Of a DNA stretch of 64,000 nt, positions 16,724-25,603 are shown one piece after another. The number at the start of each line of letters is the position of its first letter. The first letter of the stretch is position 1. The notes beneath the pieces are model-generated. The model was not told the DNA's origin, made no database searches, and saw only the letters and a list, made by a program, of their open reading frames with translations. The stretch lies in IMG/VR virus record IMGVR_UViG_3300027898_000001. The stretch is one strand, 5' to 3'. Source of the stretch: a virus (lineage: Duplodnaviria; Caudoviricetes). Both the position numbers and the translations under genes were made by a program.

Positions 16724-17535
16724 TGCCGTATCTCGTATTTATCAAGAATATGTTTAACAAGAGGTTTATTACTTGGTGTGCGAGTCAGACAATCAAAATC
16801 TATATCAACATCTGTTTTGCATTTCACCAACTTGTAGGACAGTCGCAAGTTATCTAATTGCTCTGATAACCTTTTACCTGTCGCACCCTTAATGTTGTCT
16901 ATATTAGCAACAATATTTTTCAGAGTACCATACTCTTTAATGAGCTTTAGTGCAATTACATCACCAACGCCGTACACACCAGGAATATGGTCAGTCTTAT
17001 CACCTTTCATTGCAAGAAAGTATGTTACTTGTTTTGGTGTTAAGCCTTTCTCTTCCAATAATGATTTCAACGTAGTACGTTTCTGTGCCTTAGTATCAAG
17101 CAAATCTACATACTTGGAAATAAACTGTGCGCAGTCTTTATCGCCAGTTAGAATTGTAAGCTGCATTTCATTTTCAGTGTAGTGCTTTGCAATAGTACCA
17201 AGAACATCGTCGGCTTCAACACCTTTTATATTCAACACTGGAAGTCCAAACGCGCGACATAGTTTGCGGATAATAGGTTTCTGTACCTTTAGGTCGTCTG
17301 GACACGGTTTGCGATGCAGTTTGTAATCGGCATATAAATCGTAACGGAAGTTTCTACTCTCATGGTCAAATGTCACGATTATGTTTTGCTGTTCACGTAA
17401 CAAAGGTTTTATCATGTGATAGAAGAATGTGATAACGCCAGTTGGTTCACCCTTTCTAGTAGTCAATTGGGCTTTGAAACTAGCGTAGTATGCACGGTAC
17501 AAATAGTAGTTACCATCTAGTACTAGAGTGCGCAT
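16720..17535 (-). CDS. 5'-3' exonuclease / flap endonuclease (PolA N-terminal-like)
   Basis: LDGNYYLYRAYY, FD...FR..LY..YK..R, EADDVLGT, TGDKD..Q and GDKTDHIPGVYGVG motifs. No polymerase domain. Confidence 0.92.
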   Translation of the reverse strand: MRTLVLDGNYYLYRAYYASFKAQLTTRKGEPTGVITFFYHMIKPLLREQQNIIVTFDHESRNFRYDLYADYKLHRKPCPDDLKVQKPIIRKLCRAFGLPVLNIKGVEADDVLGTIAKHYTENEMQLTILTGDKDCAQFISKYVDLLDTKAQKRTTLKSLLEEKGLTPKQVTYFLAMKGDKTDHIPGVYGVGDVIALKLIKEYGTLKNIVANIDNIKGATGKRLSEQLDNLRLSYKLVKCKTDVDIDFDCLTRTPSNKPLVKHILDKYEIRQ

Positions 17536-18035
17536 TATTTGACAACCGTTAATGTTGGTTTAGCTGGGAAGTGAGAGTTCTCGAAAAACTCTTTAGATTC
17601 TTTCTTGTTATATTTGGACGCAAGTGGATTAGGAATAATGTATATGGGTTCGCTTGGAGATCCAAAGTTATACTCAAAGTAGAATGCTTTATCCTCAGAG
17701 GGTGCAGAATCACCGGTGCTAACGCCAATAATATTCTCTAATGGCAATACACAGCGGAAAGGAACACCGTTAAATGTTGTGTTGAATGCAATAACAGCGT
17801 TCTCATAATCTATATTGTAGTTCGTCATGGAACGTGTCGCAGCACGTAGCGTTACTTTTTTACGATCTTGTAGGGATTTTGGTAATGATAGTTCGACTGG
17901 AGATAATAGGAGTATTTGGGCGCGCGAGAAACTAGGCTTTCTTGACAATTGTATATGTGGGTCGTAACCCATCATAGACAACATGTTGATGTGGTTTTGT
18001 ACTACTTCGATATTGGTGCAGAACTGTTTTAACAT
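17535..18035 (-). CDS. sspB: SspB-like ClpXP adaptor
   Basis: FNTTFNGVP...LPLENI resembles SspB FNARFGGxP...VPLxAV. C-terminus KPTLTVVK resembles the ClpX-binding tail RPALRVVK. Confidence 0.75.
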   Translation of the reverse strand: MLKQFCTNIEVVQNHINMLSMMGYDPHIQLSRKPSFSRAQILLLSPVELSLPKSLQDRKKVTLRAATRSMTNYNIDYENAVIAFNTTFNGVPFRCVLPLENIIGVSTGDSAPSEDKAFYFEYNFGSPSEPIYIIPNPLASKYNKKESKEFFENSHFPAKPTLTVVK

Positions 18036-18044
18036 GATTATCGC

Positions 18045-18079
18045 CTGTAAATATAGTTAAGTTCATAGTATATTTACAG
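18045..18079. repeat. 11-bp perfect inverted repeat upstream of the sspB operon (operator or promoter hairpin)
   Basis: CTGTAAATATA (18045-18055), 13-nt spacer, TATATTTACAG (18069-18079). Confidence 0.6.
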
Positions 18080-18149
18080 TATTTGTAGAAAATGGTTTAT
18101 CCCCAGAGTACAAACTACTAGCAATAGGATGATGTGTATAACCTAATGT

Positions 18150-18405
18150 TTTCGCTACAACAGTACAGGCAAGGATGCTGTGAGTATAGCTGAACCCTAT
18201 TGTACGCGGTCATTTGGGTGGATTTTTCACTCACCCCGTCATACAACAACTGTGATAAACCTGCGAATGATTAACGGCTCTACGCTGCTCTAATGCAACG
18301 CCTTACAATAAAGCATAAGGTTCGCTTACCGAGTACGTGTGATCCTTCTTAATGCAAACCACCTAGATCACGCAACGCATGTACTAATGCTATCGCTCAC
18401 TTCCA
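18150..18405 (-). ncRNA. Structured ncRNA candidate, copy 1
   Basis: Intergenic. Shares four ordered sequence blocks with 19388..19570. Predicted closing stem GCATTAGTACA/TGTACTGTTGT and internal hairpins. Ends are approximate. Confidence 0.6.
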
Positions 18406-18407
18406 AC

Positions 18408-18773
18408 TCAAGCTATTCTTGCACGTCTACGACTTTCAAATTCTTGGAATCTTGTTGTGTAGAATTCATCGTAATGTTCTTCCAATTTATGGACAGCATT
18501 TTCAATTATTTCTACAATATTTTGTACCTGAATTTTCTTAGATTGTTGTGTTATAGGTTGTTCGTCTAACCAAATCGTTAACCATTCTTTTAGTTCGCGT
18601 GCAACTTCTTTGGCATCATTTTTACACACAACAATATATTTATGTAAGTCTGAGAATACCAAACCTTTAGTGTCACTACCAACACGATGGTCTATGTAAT
18701 ATTCTGTTTTTGTTTCTTTGTGTGTTACAGAAACTGAACCACCATCACGGTGCATTGCTATATAAACTGTCAT
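18408..18773 (-). CDS. Hypothetical protein
   Basis: Co-oriented, overlaps the upstream stop (ATGA). Confidence 0.65.
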   Translation of the reverse strand: MTVYIAMHRDGGSVSVTHKETKTEYYIDHRVGSDTKGLVFSDLHKYIVVCKNDAKEVARELKEWLTIWLDEQPITQQSKKIQVQNIVEIIENAVHKLEEHYDEFYTTRFQEFESRRRARIA

Positions 18774-19108
18774 TCAATATTTCTCGGTTCGTAACAGGTA
18801 ACGTAATCTTTGCAACGATCTGCACACAGATTAAGCATTTTACGGTGATATTCGTTTTCAGTTTTCTTGGCCCATGTAATACAATTAACTGCCAATTCAT
18901 TACAATCTTGTTCTGATACAGATAATCTACCCATAACTGTATCGTAAACAGGTGCACCTATCATACCTAATGATTCACAAGCAATACCACCGCGTATCAT
19001 GTACCGCTTTTTATTGAACTCGAATAATACCGAACCACCGTCACGCACGGTACGAAATTCAGGGTATTCAATTTCTTCATTTTTAGGTAAGGTTATGTCA
19101 ATATTCAT
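18770..19108 (-). CDS. Hypothetical protein
   Basis: Coupled ORF in the minus-strand operon. Confidence 0.65.
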   Translation of the reverse strand: MNIDITLPKNEEIEYPEFRTVRDGGSVLFEFNKKRYMIRGGIACESLGMIGAPVYDTVMGRLSVSEQDCNELAVNCITWAKKTENEYHRKMLNLCADRCKDYVTCYEPRNIE

Positions 19109-19323
19109 TTTGCTAATCTCTTTCTAGCAGAATCGCACAATGCCATCATTTGACTGCGTACGGTAAACCATTCACCTTCCGGTACTCTTGTATCTGTTCT
19201 ACCTGCTAGAGCATACATACGGTTTATATCACGACCTAAGAATAAAGCTCTTTGCGTAGCGCAATGTATTTCACAATAACCGATAAATTCTTCATCAGTC
19301 ATTTCATTATCTTGTTGTGTCAT
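19105..19323 (-). CDS. Hypothetical protein
   Basis: RBS AAGGTG, coupled to the next gene. Confidence 0.65.
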   Translation of the reverse strand: MTQQDNEMTDEEFIGYCEIHCATQRALFLGRDINRMYALAGRTDTRVPEGEWFTVRSQMMALCDSARKRLAK

Positions 19324-19387
19324 AATACACCTTATCTAAGTGAAATTAAAAATGATTGTTCCTGTCACAAATATCTTTCGATAAGTG

Positions 19388-19570
19388 TAGGCTACAGCAG
19401 TTGGGCGGAATCGGAGTATACCGAACTACCAGACATAACAATCTGCGGTTGATTGACGGCTCTGCGCCTTTCGGGAGTAGGATAAAGACGCTTACCTAGT
19501 TGAATGAGGTTGAAACATAAGAACCTAAGTAAGTCCGCATACCGTGCAGTTTAGCTACGCTGTTACAACA
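19388..19570 (-). ncRNA. Structured ncRNA candidate, copy 2
   Basis: Intergenic. GGTAAGCG, CGCAGAGCCGTCAATCAACCGCAG, GTTCGGTATACTC and CTGCTGTAGC occur in the same order as in copy 1. The stem GCGTCTTT/AAAGGCGC uses a G-U pair that forms only on the minus strand. Confidence 0.6.
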
Positions 19571-19633
19571 ACCATATTTCCGAAGCGTAGTCACCATACC
19601 TATGTTTTAGGTGAATGTGAAACTGCAAACACT

Positions 19634-19993
19634 TTAAAGAATTACGTTTATAGCACTAGCCGTATTAGAATTTTGCGTCTGCATAACTGCGATGAACGCA
19701 TCCTTAGGTACGGAATAACAAGTCATCACCAATTTGTTATATAACTTACCTACAACAAATCTAGTGTAGTCGGTCTCACGGTGGTATTGTTGAAAATTTA
19801 GTTCGTACTCCGGATTTGATTGCAAACGTCGGAGAGTTTCATAGCCTAAGATAAGTACAAAACAATTCTTATCTGTGACCAGCTCTTCCAATTCACATTC
19901 ATCGAAATCCATTAACTTATTAGAAGCAAATGGCATGCGAAGTATGCGTTGAATGATGCGTAAATTCGCACCAGCATCTTGAAGTTCCATCAT
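19634..19993 (-). CDS. Hypothetical protein, weakly similar to the capsid-like paralogs 31305 and 36198
   Basis: FVLILGYETLRRLQSNPEYELNF versus FLIIDDATYKSCMDNPHSSLIF. Confidence 0.5.
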   Translation of the reverse strand: MMELQDAGANLRIIQRILRMPFASNKLMDFDECELEELVTDKNCFVLILGYETLRRLQSNPEYELNFQQYHRETDYTRFVVGKLYNKLVMTCYSVPKDAFIAVMQTQNSNTASAINVIL

Positions 19994-20055
19994 AGATCCT
20001 TAGCGTTGCAGTATTTATTATAACGTGTTAGAAAACAATGTACCCGCAACGCACT

Positions 20056-20247
20056 TCATCGCAAGATAGCGATATTCTTTTCTGGAACGTGTTGTGAAAC
20101 CTTACGAGTTATAGGGAATTCACAATCGGCTTCAATGGTATATCTCTGAACACCATTACATTTCTCTACTTCTGTTATTACGCCAGTAGATGTGCCTGAT
20201 TTTAAAATTGTGTAGGAAACTCTATCATTAACGGAAAATTTAGCCAT
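20056..20247 (-). CDS. Small SH3/KOW-like beta-barrel protein
   Basis: MAKFSVNDRV...GVITEV...YTIE pattern. Confidence 0.5.
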   Translation of the reverse strand: MAKFSVNDRVSYTILKSGTSTGVITEVEKCNGVQRYTIEADCEFPITRKVSQHVPEKNIAILR

Positions 20248-20259
20248 GATAGCACCTTA

Positions 20260-20613
20260 CTACACTGTTACAGCAACATCGTTATAACGAACATACTCAG
20301 CCAAAGTGAGAGGTAACTTGGCTTCAATTGCGGCATGATCGAATAAGGTTGCATCGTAACCTGAAGCGGACATAGCGTTCCAATCAATCGAGCTATCATC
20401 GAATGGTAAGAATGTAACAGTATTAGAACCAGTTGTGACTGTTGTACTATTGATAGTTGTTGAATTAATAAACATGCGTTCAAACTCGCGCGCTAACTCT
20501 AGTGAGGCATCCTCAGAAACACAAACTATTGCTGTTTTTGAATGTTTACTTGAGGACTTGAACGCGCTTGTCAACATATTCAATGTACGGCTGCTTCCTT
20601 TTAGTGCTGTCAT
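20260..20613 (-). CDS. Hypothetical protein
   Basis: Coupled ORF. Confidence 0.6.
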   Translation of the reverse strand: MTALKGSSRTLNMLTSAFKSSSKHSKTAIVCVSEDASLELAREFERMFINSTTINSTTVTTGSNTVTFLPFDDSSIDWNAMSASGYDATLFDHAAIEAKLPLTLAEYVRYNDVAVTV

Positions 20614-21020
20614 TTTACTACTCTCAATTTAGGTTTTTGTTTACTGAAAACTCGCATCATTTTAAAGTCCTTAGGATCGAATTCAAATATAATCTCATCA
20701 CCGCTTGATTTAAGCATAGGGATATATTCAACAGGTACTTTAAACTCCGCATTGTCTTCTACGCGGTTAAATGACAAAACACCGCTTTCATAACACATAC
20801 GCATGTTACGTACTGTAACATCCCACAACGGTACTGTTATGTACTCCTCATCAGCATAATCATTTGGTAATACTAATTCTGCGTTTGGAAGTGGGGATGT
20901 TGCATTAGTCCTATCTAAATATGGTTGTTTAGATACCACTAAGACTGGCACCAGATGCAAATCTATAATGCAGTCATAATAGCTACATAGTGTGTATGCA
21001 GTAATACAGGAAAAGATCAT
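20610..21020 (-). CDS. sspB: Second SspB-like adaptor
   Basis: VLPNDYADEEYITVPL...VRNMRM...SFN resembles SspB VPMEYARDGQIVLNI...VGNLEL...RFN. C-terminus KPKLRVVK. Confidence 0.65.
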   Translation of the reverse strand: MIFSCITAYTLCSYYDCIIDLHLVPVLVVSKQPYLDRTNATSPLPNAELVLPNDYADEEYITVPLWDVTVRNMRMCYESGVLSFNRVEDNAEFKVPVEYIPMLKSSGDEIIFEFDPKDFKMMRVFSKQKPKLRVVK

Positions 21021-21068
21021 TATAAATCCTTATTGTATGGCTGTCGCTGTTAGGTCATTGCATTAAAA

Positions 21069-21740
21069 TTATTGAGCACATAGAAAATTCAATGACAGAA
21101 CATACATGCCAGTAACATCCTGTGTAACATACTTATGGTTATTCTGGCGATAGAAATAGTAGCCAAATCCATATACATTTTTAAACAATGGCATAACAGT
21201 GCGACGGAATTGTTCATTGTTACGGAAACCTAATAACTTGGAACAGTGTATATCTTGTGAAAAGATATTAATAGTAATACCATCTTTAGTTCTTATAAGC
21301 TCCAACTCTGCATTGCTTTGCATATTCACATTACGAGCCGAGACTATTAAGAAATCCATAATATCCGCATAACCTAATGCCTTGAAATACTTATCTAAAC
21401 CTTTACACTGTGCTATTAAGTTTGGTACACAAGCGCGTATAGCGGCTTCCGATTTGGTGATACTGCTTGTAAATAGATCAATTATTTCTTGAATATAAGC
21501 ACTTTGACCGTATTTGTTAAAACTAACTATACGATAAAATATTCTGGAGTTATTGTGAAATACAGCAATATCAAACACATTAAGAGTAGAATGTTGTACC
21601 ATAGCGAATCTATGGGTATAACTTATAGCAGTATACACATTACCAGCTTTTAATAGCTCGATGCCGAAATACTTTAGTTTGTTTCTAACGTAATCAACAG
21701 TTAGTTCTTGTGGTGTAGGTTCTTGTCTAGTTAGCATCAT
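21069..21740 (-). CDS. Hypothetical protein, LGY-x4-DF paralog family
   Basis: ALGYADIMDFL and LLGFRNNEQF motifs shared with 21737 and 24824. Confidence 0.6.
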   Translation of the reverse strand: MMLTRQEPTPQELTVDYVRNKLKYFGIELLKAGNVYTAISYTHRFAMVQHSTLNVFDIAVFHNNSRIFYRIVSFNKYGQSAYIQEIIDLFTSSITKSEAAIRACVPNLIAQCKGLDKYFKALGYADIMDFLIVSARNVNMQSNAELELIRTKDGITINIFSQDIHCSKLLGFRNNEQFRRTVMPLFKNVYGFGYYFYRQNNHKYVTQDVTGMYVLSLNFLCAQ

Positions 21741-22423
21741 TTGAAGAATCCTAATTGTAATTGATATACAGGTTTACTATATGGACGTTTCTTATTACTA
21801 GGTACAACTTTAACAGGCGAGTGTGAGAAATAGTTAATACCTAGCACTTTTAAAACTTTGTTTAGTTCCGAATCCCTGTCATAACCTAATGCCTTATAAA
21901 TCTTATCTTCACTGCAAATGGTTACGCCAAATCCATTGTTCTCACCGTCATGTTTAATCTCATTAAAGCTGACGTGTGTGAGTATCTTCTTATCATACAG
22001 GTGTGACATTGTTAAAATGAAATCAACGGCATTTTTATAACCGAAGTCTTTCATATTAGCATCGCCTAAATGTAGAAGGTCAGCGTATCTGGCTAGGTTA
22101 CGCTTGATGTTGAAATACTTTAATGTCTGGTGTTGGTAGTATGCTTTGTATCGCTTGATAGCAGTTTCCACTCTATCTGCGTAAGACGTTTCATCCAAGA
22201 AGCAGCGAATCACATCATGGTACTCATGTATTTTTGATGTGTGCGATATTACCAATTCAGTTCTAGTACCAGCATTCTGAATCAGTATAGATAAAATGTC
22301 TGGAACATACGTTAATGTAAACGTAACACTACTATCACCTACTTCTATATTATATACATGACCTACATGGTGCAATACGATACCCCGTATTGCTCGGTAA
22401 GCATCTTGAAGTTCTACGTTCAT
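21737..22423 (-). CDS. Hypothetical protein, LGY-x4-DF paralog family
   Basis: FGYKNAVDFI and ALGYDRDSEL motifs. Confidence 0.6.
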   Translation of the reverse strand: MNVELQDAYRAIRGIVLHHVGHVYNIEVGDSSVTFTLTYVPDILSILIQNAGTRTELVISHTSKIHEYHDVIRCFLDETSYADRVETAIKRYKAYYQHQTLKYFNIKRNLARYADLLHLGDANMKDFGYKNAVDFILTMSHLYDKKILTHVSFNEIKHDGENNGFGVTICSEDKIYKALGYDRDSELNKVLKVLGINYFSHSPVKVVPSNKKRPYSKPVYQLQLGFFK

Positions 22424-22429
22424 AGCAGA

Positions 22430-22864
22430 TTACCGCTGTGGTTGAATTTGTTGCAGAATATTACTTTGAATACTCCATTGCATATTCTGAAACGAATTCT
22501 GGAACAGTCCTGCAATTGCCTTAGCAAGGAATTGTTCTACGTTTGCACCTACACAATTGTTAATCAGTTCTTGAATCTTCTCCGGATTGTCTTTGAACCA
22601 AAGATTGAGAGCGTCTGGAACTTTAGCACGTACAATATCCAGCAACGCTACTTCCATCAGAGCGGGTTCCATACGGTAATCAGTAGGTCTATGTGGGTTT
22701 GGAATTACTTTGCGTTCTTTGAAGAAAAGCTCCTCGATACCACGAGTCATAATTTTCTGCAATTCTTCTTCTGTGAGAAGCAGTCCTACGTTGGCGCGCA
22801 TTAAATCAATCATGCGCTCATCAAAAGATTTTACTTCTGCTAGTAGCGTATCACTGTTCGACAT
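22430..22864 (-). CDS. Hypothetical helical protein
   Basis: Start moved to ATG 22864 (RBS AAGGA). Confidence 0.6.
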   Translation of the reverse strand: MSNSDTLLAEVKSFDERMIDLMRANVGLLLTEEELQKIMTRGIEELFFKERKVIPNPHRPTDYRMEPALMEVALLDIVRAKVPDALNLWFKDNPEKIQELINNCVGANVEQFLAKAIAGLFQNSFQNMQWSIQSNILQQIQPQR

Positions 22865-23537
22865 AGTGTATTCCTTCTTTGGTCCAGTTAGTTGCTGGAA
22901 GTTGTGAATCATTTAAGTGCTTGTAAAATTCTTCACGCACAGTATCTTGCAAAACATTCATTATTGCAGGCATTACAATTTCTTTTACAGGCAACTCAAG
23001 ATTTATTTTTGCTACAAACTCGCTAGGTATTGTATAGATCGTTGAGCTAGTGCATGATGCACGTATGTAGGGCGTTTGATTGTGTACAGCACACGTAATG
23101 ACAGATGCGGTGGTATCCGATCGGTGTAAGATAATAATGTATTGTCCTTGATGTAGATTTGGAAAGGCAGTTGGTTTACGTGTGATAAAACCTATACTTA
23201 CGGATGTAACAGGCTCTTTGACAAAATAATCTTTAAAGTCCGTCATCTTTAATCTACAAATGACTTTACCGATAGCATCACTCAATTCACTATTAGACAA
23301 GCCAAACTTACCAAGCTCCGACATTTTCTCCTGTGTCTTGATAGCAAGACACTCCAAACGAATCAACGCAGCAGCAAGTGAGGTGTAACTAGAACTCGCA
23401 TAGCGCGTATTCAGTGTACTACCACCACCAACATGTTCACCGTATTTCAATTTTCGTAATTGTGCAGATATATCGTTTAGATTATCTTGTGCGGTCTGCA
23501 CCATCATATTGGCAGTTTCTAAATCAATGGGTTTCAT
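22851..23537 (-). CDS. Hypothetical protein
   Basis: Start moved to ATG 23537 (RBS GGAGG). Confidence 0.6.
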   Translation of the reverse strand: MKPIDLETANMMVQTAQDNLNDISAQLRKLKYGEHVGGGSTLNTRYASSSYTSLAAALIRLECLAIKTQEKMSELGKFGLSNSELSDAIGKVICRLKMTDFKDYFVKEPVTSVSIGFITRKPTAFPNLHQGQYIIILHRSDTTASVITCAVHNQTPYIRASCTSSTIYTIPSEFVAKINLELPVKEIVMPAIMNVLQDTVREEFYKHLNDSQLPATNWTKEGIHYVEQ

Positions 23538-24342
23538 TTGGACCTCCAGCAACGTGTACGCTAGCAGGTACAATACCAGAAAGTGCTAATGCTAAGAATG
23601 CGCTAGTATCTTTGCCCGCTTCATAGTGTTCGACAAATGCGTTGCGTGTGTGCTGCGACCAAGGCTCACCACCACAGCAGCTAAAGTCAGGACAACATTC
23701 ATCCCGCACATTGTTATGTAGGAATTGCCCCATCTGCCACTTCTTCATTTGCATATAACTTGTTGCTGGGCCGCTTCTAACTTGATGTAAGTTAAAATCA
23801 CGTAAGCTATCAATGCGCATAAACTTGCCGCCACATTCAACATCAATATTCCAAGGAGCATTAACTAACACAGGTACTTTACACGCTTCTTTAGTGAAAG
23901 CATCCATACAGTGCTCCACAGTATCATCAAAGAAGTAATCAACTTTACCGAATGTTTTGAGAATAAAATCTGCTTTGCTATCAAACAGTGGTAATACATG
24001 CAAAGAGCTGTAATTAACCCTGTGCTGTCTAAGCCAAATATCCGATTTTACTTTACCGTTAGGATCGAAACCTCTGTTAGTAACAAAATGAATATCGTGG
24101 TCGTCTTTATACAACTGATTGATTAACCACAATCCTGGTTTAGGTCTAGCCGTAGTAAACAAATCAGAATCGGTAATGTGCTTTAGCCATTCTTCGATAG
24201 GAATGTTTAAATATTCATGGGTAGCGCGTTTATTCCACTCGCGCCAATGTAACACGTTGGGGTCAATCTTTGCAGCCAATTCACCAAATTCTGGAAGTGC
24301 ATTGACAACAGTGTCATCAAGATCAAATACAAATACACTCAT
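23524..24342 (-). CDS. HAD-family 5'(3')-deoxyribonucleotidase fused to a Cys-rich ECCPDFSCC domain
   Basis: FDLDDTV (DxD), FVTNR, K and FFDD motifs, plus a C-terminal HN...DECCPDFSCC extension. Confidence 0.8.
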   Translation of the reverse strand: MSVFVFDLDDTVVNALPEFGELAAKIDPNVLHWREWNKRATHEYLNIPIEEWLKHITDSDLFTTARPKPGLWLINQLYKDDHDIHFVTNRGFDPNGKVKSDIWLRQHRVNYSSLHVLPLFDSKADFILKTFGKVDYFFDDTVEHCMDAFTKEACKVPVLVNAPWNIDVECGGKFMRIDSLRDFNLHQVRSGPATSYMQMKKWQMGQFLHNNVRDECCPDFSCCGGEPWSQHTRNAFVEHYEAGKDTSAFLALALSGIVPASVHVAGGPNETH

Positions 24343-24770
24343 TTTAATGCCTTTGTTTGTTGATGAAAGAATAACGTGGCATCATTATAATACCACGTAT
24401 CCATCAGAGAGCGAATTTTCGATAATGGGAGCTTGTCGTACGGTGGTAATACGTGAAGTCCAAACTCTTCTGGAACGAATTGTGATGAAGTGCGTAGAAG
24501 TTCAAATATCCAAGAGGCGGGGTGCATATCACTTCTACATTCTATGTTTACAGATTCTAGCTTTGATTTCAATAAGCCATATTGATTTACGACAAAGAAG
24601 CGTCTGGCAATTTGCAGCATTAGATTGTCACACCTCGTAATGATTGCAGATTTCTCCTCACCCGTCATTCCATTCCATTGAACTATCTCGTGACAAAAAC
24701 GCTTGCAGCCTTTACATACATCATCACCAAGAGTAGTTGAGCACGTACCAACACATAGCGTTTTAATCAT
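24339..24770 (-). CDS. DUF1289-like putative Fe-S protein, long form
   Basis: CVGTCS...DVCKGCKRF.HEI..WN...EEK motif. Confidence 0.8.
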   Translation of the reverse strand: MIKTLCVGTCSTTLGDDVCKGCKRFCHEIVQWNGMTGEEKSAIITRCDNLMLQIARRFFVVNQYGLLKSKLESVNIECRSDMHPASWIFELLRTSSQFVPEEFGLHVLPPYDKLPLSKIRSLMDTWYYNDATLFFHQQTKALK

Positions 24771-24823
24771 AAGGAACTCCTAATGCGTTGACATACAACA
24801 AAGGTAAAATAACATGGGTAGTA

Positions 24824-25210
24824 TTACTCATATTTCCTATCGAAATGTAGCATTAAGGTATGATACGTTCTAAGACCACCGTTTAACACTACACATCTAT
24901 AAACACCTAGAGCCTTAGCAATCGACAATAAATGTTGAATTGAATTGTAGCCAAGACATTTAGATAGAAACTGGATATCATACGTTTGAAATGTAAATAC
25001 ATGCTTGTCTAATGTGAGTGAATAATGAATTGCAGTATTTGTTCTATCCATATCAGAAAGTAGTTGCATAAAATCTGATATGGAGTCGTATCCGAAGTTT
25101 TCAACATCATCGCTACAGTCGCGTTTTGGAAAGCGTTTTAAACCTTCATTAAACTCTGCAATTTCTACTTGCCAAGCACTAGGCGATTGATACTCTATGT
25201 AGTCGGTCAT
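24824..25210 (-). CDS. Hypothetical protein, LGY-x4-DF paralog family
   Basis: FGYDSISDFM and CLGYNSIQHL motifs. Start moved to ATG 25210 (RBS GGAG). Confidence 0.6.
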   Translation of the reverse strand: MTDYIEYQSPSAWQVEIAEFNEGLKRFPKRDCSDDVENFGYDSISDFMQLLSDMDRTNTAIHYSLTLDKHVFTFQTYDIQFLSKCLGYNSIQHLLSIAKALGVYRCVVLNGGLRTYHTLMLHFDRKYE

Positions 25211-25215
25211 ACAAC

Positions 25216-25557
25216 TTACTCCAGTATTTCTACTTTGCGTACAACGTATTGTGGACGACACCAAGAGAATCTGCGTGTATCATAGACAACTTTAACTAAC
25301 TTACCATTATCTTTTGCTTTTACAATAGAATCCACTAATTGTGCAGGCACTTCCATATCCATATCCTGTGTTGACATCGAACCTACACCGTTGCGGACAA
25401 CACCTAAAGATAAGGATACTTCAGAGAAGTCATCACAGATAATAGGTGTTTTATTAGTTACAAACTTAACTTGGCCAGTTAAATCATTAGAACGTGAAGA
25501 ATAACCACAGCTGCTTGTCAACAAAATAACTAGAACTAAACATAAATACTTTTTCAT
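25216..25557 (-). CDS. Lipoprotein
   Basis: MKKYLCLVLVILLTSSC signal and lipobox. Start moved to ATG 25557. Confidence 0.7.
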   Translation of the reverse strand: MKKYLCLVLVILLTSSCGYSSRSNDLTGQVKFVTNKTPIICDDFSEVSLSLGVVRNGVGSMSTQDMDMEVPAQLVDSIVKAKDNGKLVKVVYDTRRFSWCRPQYVVRKVEILE

Positions 25558-25603
25558 AATAAACACCTATAAATAATTGAATTGAATACGGTTTATAAAA
25601 GTT

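Noticed and set aside
16720-17535. DNA polymerase I or a split polA
   Set aside because: Only the 5'-3' exonuclease domain is present, it ends with a coupled stop, and the next gene is unrelated. Stand-alone flap endonucleases are common in large phages.
18063-18080. LexA SOS box
   Set aside because: CTG-N10-CAG spacing is not met. The signal is better described as an 11-bp inverted repeat.
18150-19570. tRNA, FMN/SAM riboswitch, pistol ribozyme or IscB/TnpB omega-RNA as identity of the paired RNAs
   Set aside because: Only isolated words resemble these families. There is no cloverleaf or CCA, no full consensus and no adjacent nuclease or transposase gene.
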